This document shows, piece by piece, positions 40,667 to 48,667 of a DNA stretch of 64,000 nt. Position 1 is the stretch's first letter. Every line of letters begins with the position of its first letter. The notes beneath the pieces were generated by a model. The model was not told the origin of the DNA. It made no database searches and saw only the letters and a list, made by a program, of their open reading frames with translations. The position numbers were made by a program, and so were the translations under genes. The stretch is from Oceanispirochaeta sp. (GTDB lineage Bacteria; Spirochaetota; Spirochaetia; DSM-2461): the NCBI GenBank assembly GCA_963663385.2, contig CAXXXD010000001.1:384001-448000 (forward strand), in the 5' to 3' direction.

Positions 40667-42994
40667 ATGCCGGACACAAGCCATTACAACAAAGCAGTAT
40701 CAGCCTATCTTCTCGAGGATTATCCCCTTGCCCTGCGTCTTACGGAGAAGCTAATCCGTGAAACCGGAGACAGGCCAATCTACAATATATTGATGGGTAA
40801 TATTTTTCAGGCCCAGGATGATACGGATAAAGCTGTCGTCTACTATCGGAAAGCCCTTGAGCAAGCACCGGATAATCCGGAGGCCTATAACAATATTGGT
40901 GTTACCTATAAAAAAAAGGGTGACTTTGAAAAAGCGCTGACAGCCTTTTCTCAAGCCAATAAGATAGCCCCTGACAGGGCTGATATCTGTTATAATCTGG
41001 GGAATTTATATAAACAGTTTGAAGATTATGACAATGCCGAAATATGGTATAAGAAATCCATTTCAATAGACCCCTCCTATATCAATTCTTATAACAACCT
41101 GGGAACAATATTCGAAAAAAACAATGATTATGAGAATGCCGAAGAGATTTATCGGCAGGGTCTTTCCATAGATAAGAACAACGCCACTCTTCACTATAAT
41201 CTGGGAATCACTTTCGAAGACCGGGGCCAAATGGAAGATGCTCAGGCTCAATATGAAGAATCCCTGAAATTCAGACCCGGCTGGACACCCAGTTTAAATA
41301 ATCTCGGTTCTGTCCTGCAGAACCAGGGGAAACTGCTGGAGGCTGAAAAAAGGTTTGATCAACTGCTGAAAAAAGAACCGGAAAATGTTCATGCCATTAC
41401 CGGGCTTGGTTCAATACATGCCAGCAGGGGAGATTCGGATAAAGCCCGGATACTCTTCAAAAAGGCTCTTTCCTTTGATCCCAGCTATAAATCAGCAACG
41501 ATCAATCTGAAAAATGTCTACCTGAAAGAGAACTCCTTTCAGGAAGCACTGGAAGAGCTGAACAAACAGGCCACCTTTCATCCCGAGGACATAGAGATTC
41601 AACTTCAGATTGGCAGTCTGCTCTCCCGGCTGGGACGAAAGAAAGAAGCTGAACAGGTATACAGCCGTATATTGGACAGACAGCCTGATAATCTTACAGT
41701 ATACAAGGAGCTGGCGGAACTCTATGCGGAACTCGAAAGGCCGGATCTTGTACGATCCTGCGTTATAGAGATTCAGAAAAGGAATCCCAAAGATAAAGAG
41801 ATTCTCAGGAATCTCGCAGAAACCTATCTGAAATCGAAACGGTTGGAAGATGCCAGGAAATATATTGACCAGTACCTTGATGCGTTTCCCCAGGATAAAA
41901 AGGCTCTGCGGATCAAGGCTGCAATCCTGCAACAGTTATCTGATCATTCGGGAGCTGCCGCACTCTATAGTGAAATAGGAGATGACCCGGATATGGAGTC
42001 AGATCCTGTTCTTTTAGCTGATATGGCTGAAGCATTCTTTGAATCAGGCGACCGGGAAAATGCAGTTAACAGGCTGGAACAGCTTGTTAACCTTCAGGGA
42101 ACAGAAGGAAGTCCTGATAGTATCGAGAACCTTGCTGCCAGTCTGGACCTTTATGAAAAAACAGTATCCTCTTTTCAGCAGGGGCATGGATCACAATGGC
42201 AGCAGAATCTTGAAAAAATGCGTCAGATAGCCATCCGGGACAAAGCGGAACATCTGAAATCAGATAACACGGCCATATCTTCCACCAGCCAGATTCCCAT
42301 TGAAGAAGAAGATGCGATCAGTTTACTGGATATTTCTGCCATGGAACCGGTCATCCGAATAAATGAGGAAGATGAAACACTTTACCTTGAGGAGGAAATC
42401 GAAGATTTCAAGGATCAGTTTGTAGAGTTGGAAGATGAAAACCCTGAGGAAGAGACAGAACCCGAATCCTTATCCATGATTCCACCGGAGGAGGACTATC
42501 CAATCCCCCCGGCAGCTCCCGCACCGCAGCAGCCGGTTCCCTCTGAATTACCGCCTTCTTCGGATGAGAACCCTCCGGAATTACCAGAATATCCCCATTA
42601 TACGGAACCAGATCTTAAAGAAGAGGAGAAACCGGAACCTGGAGAAAAAAAGGAAGAGGAAAAATTGAATATTGCAGGTATGATGAATTACCTTTTTGAG
42701 CTTTCCCATGATCTACCGGAAGAAAAAAAGGAAATTCTCATTGAAAATTCCATTCCCTTAAAAATGGCATCAGTCATAAAGAGGCTTTCCGGAGGAAACC
42801 GTTTTAAGGAAAAGGTTTCAAAATACGACAGACGGAACAGAAAACGTTCTGATTACAAGTTAAATGAAAAGAAGATTGGGGATTCCATGTCTGCTTTTAA
42901 AAATTTGACGGATCAGCATCCGGATAATCTTATCAGCTCAACATTCAAAAAGAAAATGGATGAACTGATAAACAAACTGAAACCCTATCTGTAA
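40667..42994 (+). CDS. Tetratricopeptide repeat protein
   Basis: Many YNNLG/YNLG TPR repeats followed by an acidic, Pro-rich linker. Confidence 0.88.
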   Translation: MPDTSHYNKAVSAYLLEDYPLALRLTEKLIRETGDRPIYNILMGNIFQAQDDTDKAVVYYRKALEQAPDNPEAYNNIGVTYKKKGDFEKALTAFSQANKIAPDRADICYNLGNLYKQFEDYDNAEIWYKKSISIDPSYINSYNNLGTIFEKNNDYENAEEIYRQGLSIDKNNATLHYNLGITFEDRGQMEDAQAQYEESLKFRPGWTPSLNNLGSVLQNQGKLLEAEKRFDQLLKKEPENVHAITGLGSIHASRGDSDKARILFKKALSFDPSYKSATINLKNVYLKENSFQEALEELNKQATFHPEDIEIQLQIGSLLSRLGRKKEAEQVYSRILDRQPDNLTVYKELAELYAELERPDLVRSCVIEIQKRNPKDKEILRNLAETYLKSKRLEDARKYIDQYLDAFPQDKKALRIKAAILQQLSDHSGAAALYSEIGDDPDMESDPVLLADMAEAFFESGDRENAVNRLEQLVNLQGTEGSPDSIENLAASLDLYEKTVSSFQQGHGSQWQQNLEKMRQIAIRDKAEHLKSDNTAISSTSQIPIEEEDAISLLDISAMEPVIRINEEDETLYLEEEIEDFKDQFVELEDENPEEETEPESLSMIPPEEDYPIPPAAPAPQQPVPSELPPSSDENPPELPEYPHYTEPDLKEEEKPEPGEKKEEEKLNIAGMMNYLFELSHDLPEEKKEILIENSIPLKMASVIKRLSGGNRFKEKVSKYDRRNRKRSDYKLNEKKIGDSMSAFKNLTDQHPDNLISSTFKKKMDELINKLKPYL

Positions 42995-43016
42995 TGGCCT
43001 GGAATTATTCAGGCTG

Positions 43017-43622
43017 CTACTCAAATTCATTCAATGTTACTGTACCGGCACTGATATTCCTGACCGATTCTGCACATTTACCAGCTCTTTCATCCGGAAC
43101 CTGTATTTCCATTTTCACATCAGCTCCAAATACTTCCTTTACAACTTCCCCTGCTTCAGACTGTACAGCCTTTTTTATCTGTTCATACAGATGATAGGAA
43201 CAGTTCAGATAGAAATCTTTTTTTTCAATTTTCTCAAGGGGTACAACTTTATCAAGTACATCCTGAGCAGATCTGGTATAAGCCTGAACCAGTCCCCCCG
43301 TTCCCAGTTTGATACCTCCAAAGTACCGGATTACCAGAATAAGAGCATCTGTCAGGCCGCTTCCTTTCAAAACCTCCAGAACTGGTCTGCCTGCCGTTCC
43401 ATGAGGTTCTCCATCGTCACTCAGACCAAAAACAGACCGTGAATCACCCAGAATATAAGCCCAGACAACATGTCTGGACTGGGGGTGGGCTTTTCTGGTT
43501 TCTTTGATGATTCCTTTTATTTCATCCGCACCCTCTACAGGCAGAACAATACTTATAAATCGGGATCTCTTCTCTATAAATTCGGATTCAGCCTTATTGG
43601 AAGGTATTAATATTTTTTTCAT
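43017..43622 (-). CDS. YigZ/IMPACT family protein
   Basis: EKRSRF, SDDGEPHGTAGRP, RYFGGIKLGTGGL; start taken at ATG 43622. Confidence 0.92.
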   Translation of the reverse strand: MKKILIPSNKAESEFIEKRSRFISIVLPVEGADEIKGIIKETRKAHPQSRHVVWAYILGDSRSVFGLSDDGEPHGTAGRPVLEVLKGSGLTDALILVIRYFGGIKLGTGGLVQAYTRSAQDVLDKVVPLEKIEKKDFYLNCSYHLYEQIKKAVQSEAGEVVKEVFGADVKMEIQVPDERAGKCAESVRNISAGTVTLNEFE

Positions 43623-43814
43623 AAAAGTTTCGTACCACTTTTTTCTGAAATGTACTATAATTATTTGATTCACTTATAACATATTCCATTCTTATAGCAT
43701 ATTTTCAACCATTATAAAACCATTACAACACATTGTATAATTTAAGAATTAATAATATGATAAAAAATTCTCAAATAATATAATAATAGACTCTTATAGT
43801 ACCAAGGAGTTAGA

Positions 43815-45236
43815 GTGATAAAAAAAGATTTTCCAAAAATACACTACTATGATCAGGACTTTGTAGATATATATAACCGCTCCTGGGCATGGGTTCAGGA
43901 TTTCTGGTTTAAGGGCAATCCTGAGCTGAACGTCAAAAATTGTTTCTTTAACTATAAAGAATATGAAACAATAAATTTGTTTGAAACATCCATATCTACT
44001 TTTTTTCTCGTTTATAATAACAACAAATATGCCGTAGCCCCCATGCTGGATAATTTTTATGCCCTGCAGGAGGAAAATGGGGCCATCAGACTTGAGTATA
44101 ATCTGGAAGATGGAAAACCTGTTTTTTCAAAGAATAATCCGGAGGGTGTATCTCCGCCTCTGCTCGCCTGGGTAGAGTACAACCTTTATCATAAAGTCGG
44201 TCAGAAAAAAAGAATCAAGGAAATAATGCCGTATCTCGAAAGATACTATAATTGGCTGGATACAACTTTTAAGAATCCGGACACCGGACTCTATGCAGTT
44301 CCTCAGGAAGGAACAATGATGAATAACTCTCCCCGGGAAGGTATGTATTACCCCATAGATTTTAATTCACAGCAGGCTCTGAATTCCCTATATATGTCTG
44401 CCCTGGGTGATATCCTCAATGATAAAGAACTGAGTTTTAAATATAAAAAACAGTATTTTTCACTGAAAACAAGAATAAATAGTCTGATGTGGAATCAGGA
44501 TGATTCAATCTATTATGACCTCGATAAAGATCAGAACCAGGTAAAGATTAAAACAGCTGCTTCTTTCTGGCCGCTCCTTGCTGAAATTCCAAATGAAGCA
44601 CGGGCAGAAGATCTTATTGAGCTTTTAAAGGATCCTGAGCACTTTGGTACGGATAATCCTTTCCCTTCACTGGCAGCCAGTGAGGATAAATTCAGCAAGA
44701 AAGGGAATGGATACTGCGGATCAGTTTTCCCTTTTCTTACGTTTATGATAATCAAGGGTCTGGAAAAGTATGCCCGTTACGATTTTGCCCGTGAGTGTTC
44801 CATACGGCATCTCTATTATGTCCTGGATACATTTCATCCGGATGGAAACAAAAAAGGAACTCTCTGGGAAGCCTATGCTCCTTTAAATGAAGGACCTGCC
44901 GTATGGGATGATGAAACGGAAAACAGACAGTTATTTCTGGCCTATACTGCCTTGTCTACTATAACTCTCATGATTGAGAATGTCGTAGGTCTGTATATAT
45001 CGCTTCCCCGTAAAACAGTGGACTGGATTGTACCGACCCTGGAATTGATGGGAATCGAAGATCTGTCTTTAAAGCGGAATATGATCACCATCCTCAGTAA
45101 CAAAAGTGGAAGAGGGTGGGAAATCCGTCTGGAATCGGAAAAACTTTACTACTTCACAATAGACATCCTGGGAGAAAAGAAAAAGACTCTCCCTATTCCA
45201 TCGGGAAAGTGTTCCATGCTAATCGATAAACTGTAA
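43815..45236 (+). CDS. GH63/MGH1 (trehalase-like) (alpha/alpha)6 glycosidase-like protein
   Basis: PPLLAW, NNSPR, WNQDDSIYYD, FPSLA, YCGSVF, WEAY; AAGGAG RBS with GTG start. Confidence 0.75.
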   Translation: MIKKDFPKIHYYDQDFVDIYNRSWAWVQDFWFKGNPELNVKNCFFNYKEYETINLFETSISTFFLVYNNNKYAVAPMLDNFYALQEENGAIRLEYNLEDGKPVFSKNNPEGVSPPLLAWVEYNLYHKVGQKKRIKEIMPYLERYYNWLDTTFKNPDTGLYAVPQEGTMMNNSPREGMYYPIDFNSQQALNSLYMSALGDILNDKELSFKYKKQYFSLKTRINSLMWNQDDSIYYDLDKDQNQVKIKTAASFWPLLAEIPNEARAEDLIELLKDPEHFGTDNPFPSLAASEDKFSKKGNGYCGSVFPFLTFMIIKGLEKYARYDFARECSIRHLYYVLDTFHPDGNKKGTLWEAYAPLNEGPAVWDDETENRQLFLAYTALSTITLMIENVVGLYISLPRKTVDWIVPTLELMGIEDLSLKRNMITILSNKSGRGWEIRLESEKLYYFTIDILGEKKKTLPIPSGKCSMLIDKL

Positions 45237-45255
45237 AAAATCCTTCTTTACATAG

Positions 45256-45282
45256 AAAAACCCCGCAACTGGCGGGGTTTTT
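45256..45282. terminator. Bidirectional intrinsic terminator
   Basis: AAAAACCCCGC-AACTG-GCGGGGTTTTT between convergent genes. Confidence 0.85.
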
Positions 45283-45296
45283 ATTTTGATCCGGGA

Positions 45297-45896
45297 TTAT
45301 TCATCTGTAGAAAAAGTCATTCTGCCCTTAAGAGCCCTGGATATACTTAGTTGATCAGCATATTCCATATCACCTCCTACAGGAAGTCCCGAAGCAATTC
45401 TGGTGGTAATGATTTTTTTATCCTTAATGAGATGACGGATATAGAGAGCCGTAGAATCTCCTTCCAACGTCGGATTTGTCGCCAATATAAGCTCTTTAAC
45501 TCCAGAGGTATCAATTCTTTCGATAAGCTTATCAAAGCCCAGCTCTCCCGGTCCAATACCATCAAGGGGCGATAGAACGCCGTGAAGCACATGATAATAT
45601 CCCTTATACTCTCCTGTGCTTTCTATCATCTTAACATCCTGAGATTCTTCAACAACACAAAGAAAAGAACGATCCCTGTCAGTTGCAGAACAGATTTCAC
45701 ATATCTCCTCTTCCGTAAAATTTCCGCAGATACGGCATTTATGGATACGTTCCTGTAACTCACTGATTGACTGACCAAGTTTACGATTAAAATCCTCATC
45801 TCCTTTCAGAAGAGAGTATGCCATTCTTGAAGCACTTTTTTTACCAACCCCCGGAAGACGGGACAGAAGGGTAATAAGATTATCAAGGGTATTCAT
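45297..45896 (-). CDS. recR: Recombination protein RecR
   Basis: LPGVGKKSA, C4 zinc finger, ILATNPTLEGDSTA. Confidence 0.97.
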   Translation of the reverse strand: MNTLDNLITLLSRLPGVGKKSASRMAYSLLKGDEDFNRKLGQSISELQERIHKCRICGNFTEEEICEICSATDRDRSFLCVVEESQDVKMIESTGEYKGYYHVLHGVLSPLDGIGPGELGFDKLIERIDTSGVKELILATNPTLEGDSTALYIRHLIKDKKIITTRIASGLPVGGDMEYADQLSISRALKGRMTFSTDE

Positions 45897-46216
45897 TAAA
45901 AGCCCGGAAAACCGGGAGGAACAGGAATACCGGTCATACTGGTCATTTCATCCCTTATTTTATCTTTAATATTCGAATACGCTGCTGTACAGGCTGAAAC
46001 AATAAGTTCCTCAAGCATCTTTACATCTCTTGGATCAACAGCAATAGGATCAATTGTAACATTCAATATTTCCATTTGGCCATTCATCTTTACTTTGACC
46101 AGTTCTCCACCGGAACTGCCTTCTGCAGAGATGCCCTTTAGCTTCTCCTGCATATCACCCATATTCTTCTGCATTTCCTGAAGGTTCTTCATCATATCCA
46201 TAGGGTTAAAATCCAT
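45896..46216 (-). CDS. ybaB: Nucleoid-associated protein YbaB/EbfC
   Basis: EGSSGGELVKV..NG, D..MLEELI; located between dnaX and recR. Confidence 0.95.
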   Translation of the reverse strand: MDFNPMDMMKNLQEMQKNMGDMQEKLKGISAEGSSGGELVKVKMNGQMEILNVTIDPIAVDPRDVKMLEELIVSACTAAYSNIKDKIRDEMTSMTGIPVPPGFPGF

Positions 46217-46228
46217 GGGAAATCTCCT

Positions 46229-46717
46229 TTAAATAATAGTACCTCTGAAAATAGAACGAACAAGTTCCACCTGCTCCTCTACTGTTTCATCCTGTACAAT
46301 CTGTTCTCTTTTGATTTTAGTGGAAAACAGAATATTCCATCCCAGTTTTCCCTGAATTATCTTCTGGATAGTTTTAAATTCTTTTTCGACAAGTGTACTG
46401 GCAAAAGGGCTGTTAAAAGTGAGAAGGACTTTATCTCCCTCCCTCTCCCAGATTTCCGCCTTATCCAGACCGGCAGCAATAGACATGCTGTCCGAACGGA
46501 CTGCCTTCAGAATCTTATCCTTGAAGTCCTTTATATTTAACTCCGGAATTTGTTCAGATTCAGATTTCGCAGTTTTTTCAGCAGGTTGAGGTAATTCTAT
46601 GCTCTGTTTTTCTTCCTGAACAACAGATGCAATTGGCGGTTTTGATTCTTTCTGCTGTATTTTTCTGTCAAAAGCATCGGAGAGAACCGATTCAACCTGT
46701 TTTACTTTTTTTTTTTT
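46229..46717 (-). CDS. dnaX: C-terminal (tau-specific) part of dnaX, in the -1 frame
   Basis: Frame open from the A12 run (KKKKVKQVESVLSDAF...PELNIKDFKDKILKAVRSDSMSIAAGL...VRSIFRGTII), 73 codons before the first ATG; resembles a DnaX C-terminus. Confidence 0.75.
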   Translation of the reverse strand, partial: KKKKVKQVESVLSDAFDRKIQQKESKPPIASVVQEEKQSIELPQPAEKTAKSESEQIPELNIKDFKDKILKAVRSDSMSIAAGLDKAEIWEREGDKVLLTFNSPFASTLVEKEFKTIQKIIQGKLGWNILFSTKIKREQIVQDETVEEQVELVRSIFRGTII

Positions 46718-47898
46718 GGTTCCCCGGAAGGAACAGTTTGGCTGAACGAAGCGGATTGCCCCAGTTGTTCTTTCATCCGGGTCAGTTCACTCATAATCTG
46801 TTTTGAATCAATATGGTATCGAATGGTGGATAATCGGCTTAAAAGCAGCTCCAGTTCAAAACGGGGATTGATGGAATAACGAATTTCACGGAACAGTTCC
46901 AGAACTTCTTCCAATGCCCATTCAATTTGTCCGGCATTCAAATTTTCCAGAACAACCGTAGAAAAACGATCCGGTGTATAGCCGAGGAGAGATTCTTTCT
47001 TTATCCCGTGAAAAATAAAGAGGATATTCCGAAGATATTCCGCAAGATCAGTAATAAACTGCTCTATGGAAACACCGCTTGCAATAACTTCATCAAAAGA
47101 TTCCAGAGCCTGTTCGGTTTTCTCTTCCACCAGAAGCGACATCAGATCATTCAACTGGTCCAATCCGATTAATCCCAGTTTCTCCCGTATTTTATCCAGA
47201 GTAACAAACCCGTCTGAAAAAGAAATAATCTGATCAAACAGTGTATAGGCATCTCTCACGGAACCGGTAGATTCACGTGCTACCCAATAGAGGGCATCAT
47301 CCTCATACTGAATTTCCAGTTCATTACAGACCGTTTCAAGAAGCCTTTTAATTTCTGCAATATCAATCAGCCTGAAATTAAACTGCTGACAGCGGGATCG
47401 AATGGTGGCCGGAACTTTATGTATTTCGGTTGTTGCAAAAATAAAAATAATATAGGGCGGCGGCTCTTCTATGGTTTTCAGGAGGGCATTGAAGGCACTG
47501 TTCGAGAGCATATGCACTTCATCTATAATATATATTTTATATTTCGAGCTATTAGGACTGAACAGTACTTCATCCTTTATTTCCCGGATATCATTTACAC
47601 CAGTATTGGATGCCCCGTCGATTTCAATAACATCCAGAGAATTTCCTCTGGCAATCTCCTGACAGTTGGGACAAACACCGCATGGAGTAATACTGGGACC
47701 TTCCACACAATTGAGAGAACGGGCAAGGATGCGGGCGGATGAAGTTTTTCCTACTCCCCTGGGACCGGAAAACAGATAGGCATGAGCAATTCTGCCGTTT
47801 TCAATAGAGTTTTTCAGGGTTGCGACCACAAAATCCTGACCGGACAATTCGGTCAATGACTGAGGTCTTTTGCGAGATGCTGTTACTTCAAAATCCAT
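46702..47898 (-). CDS. dnaX: DNA polymerase III subunit gamma/tau (0-frame product, 398 aa)
   Basis: HAYLFSGPRGVGKTS, EIDGASN, IIDEVHML, TIRSRCQ; ends at CCA AAA AAA AAA AAG TAA. Confidence 0.97.
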   Translation of the reverse strand: MDFEVTASRKRPQSLTELSGQDFVVATLKNSIENGRIAHAYLFSGPRGVGKTSSARILARSLNCVEGPSITPCGVCPNCQEIARGNSLDVIEIDGASNTGVNDIREIKDEVLFSPNSSKYKIYIIDEVHMLSNSAFNALLKTIEEPPPYIIFIFATTEIHKVPATIRSRCQQFNFRLIDIAEIKRLLETVCNELEIQYEDDALYWVARESTGSVRDAYTLFDQIISFSDGFVTLDKIREKLGLIGLDQLNDLMSLLVEEKTEQALESFDEVIASGVSIEQFITDLAEYLRNILFIFHGIKKESLLGYTPDRFSTVVLENLNAGQIEWALEEVLELFREIRYSINPRFELELLLSRLSTIRYHIDSKQIMSELTRMKEQLGQSASFSQTVPSGEPKKKK

Positions 47899-47970
47899 AG
47901 AAATACAGTATACAGGAAAGGGGTTTACTCTTCAAGATTGGCTTATAAATGAAAATCCCCTCAGCTCCTC

Positions 47971-48062
47971 CCAAGTAATCCATGACACATCAAACAATCG
48001 CTTACGGCTGCTATCTTCCGATCCTGACCGGGTTGGGCGACGTTTAATTGCATGGAACCTGA
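47971..48062 (-). ncRNA. ffs: Signal recognition particle RNA (small bacterial type)
   Basis: CGGTCAGGATC-GGAA-GATAGCAGCCG helix-8 motif inside a long hairpin; upstream of dnaX. Ends approximate. Confidence 0.88.
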
Positions 48063-48085
48063 AAATCAACACTGAAGGGAAAAAG

Positions 48086-48170
48086 CGGAGAAGGGGGGAT
48101 TCGAACCCCCGGTACCTTGCGGTACATACGCTTTCCAAGCGCACACCTTCGGCCACTCGGTCACCTCTCC
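48086..48170 (-). tRNA. tRNA-Ser (GGA)
   Basis: GGAGAGG acceptor, TGCGC-TTGGAAA-GCGTA anticodon arm, long variable arm, GGTTCGAATCC. Confidence 0.95.
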
Positions 48171-48227
48171 AAATTACTTACTCTGTTAATTAACCGGAAC
48201 CAGTTCCGATTATTCCATATAAATGGA

Positions 48228-48301
48228 TATGCCCAAGAGGATTCGAACCTCTGACCCTCAGTTCCGCAAACTGATGCTCTATCCATCTGAGCTATGGGCA
48301 C
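48228..48301 (-). tRNA. tRNA-Arg (GCG)
   Basis: GTGCCCA/TGGGCAT acceptor, TCAGT-TTGCGGA-ACTGA anticodon arm, GGTTCGAATCC. Confidence 0.93.
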
Positions 48302-48306
48302 AGAAA

Positions 48307-48393
48307 CGGAGAGGGAGGGATTTGAACCCTCGGTACGGTTACCCGTACAACACCTTAGCAGGGTGCCACCTTCGGCCACTCGGTCACCTCTCC
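48307..48393 (-). tRNA. tRNA-Ser (GCT)
   Basis: GCACC-CTGCTAA-GGTGT anticodon arm, long variable arm, GGTTCAAATCC. Confidence 0.95.
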
Positions 48394-48437
48394 AGTTTAA
48401 GTTCAGTCTCTTCGAAATTCCGAAAAAACGGAACATA

Positions 48438-48522
48438 CGGAGAGGGTGGGATTCGAACCCACGGTAGGTCTCCCTACGCTGGTTTTCAAGACCAGATCCT
48501 TCGACCGCTCGGACACCTCTCC
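48438..48522 (-). tRNA. tRNA-Ser (TGA)
   Basis: CTGGT-CTTGAAA-ACCAG anticodon arm, long variable arm, GGTTCGAATCC. Confidence 0.95.
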
Positions 48523-48535
48523 TAAACCGTAGGTA

Positions 48536-48564
48536 AAAATATCGTAAGTGCTGATCTTTGTCAA
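48536..48564 (-). promoter_or_regulatory. Sigma70-type promoter of the tRNA/SRP cluster
   Basis: TTGACA-N17-TATTTT on the minus strand, 13 nt before tRNA-Ser(TGA). Confidence 0.65.
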
Positions 48565-48667
48565 GACTAAATAAAACACATTATCTGACTGGTCAAATTT
48601 TTTTATTTGCCCTAAAGCGGGTAATTTATCTTATTGCTTCCCAATTCATATCAGATATAATGAATCC

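Noticed and set aside
46229..46486. Independent 85-aa gene
   Set aside because: No RBS, and the frame is open back to the dnaX A12 run; better explained as the tau C-terminus.
47870..48525. Four short ORFs over the tRNA/SRP cluster
   Set aside because: They are translations of tRNA and SRP sequence.
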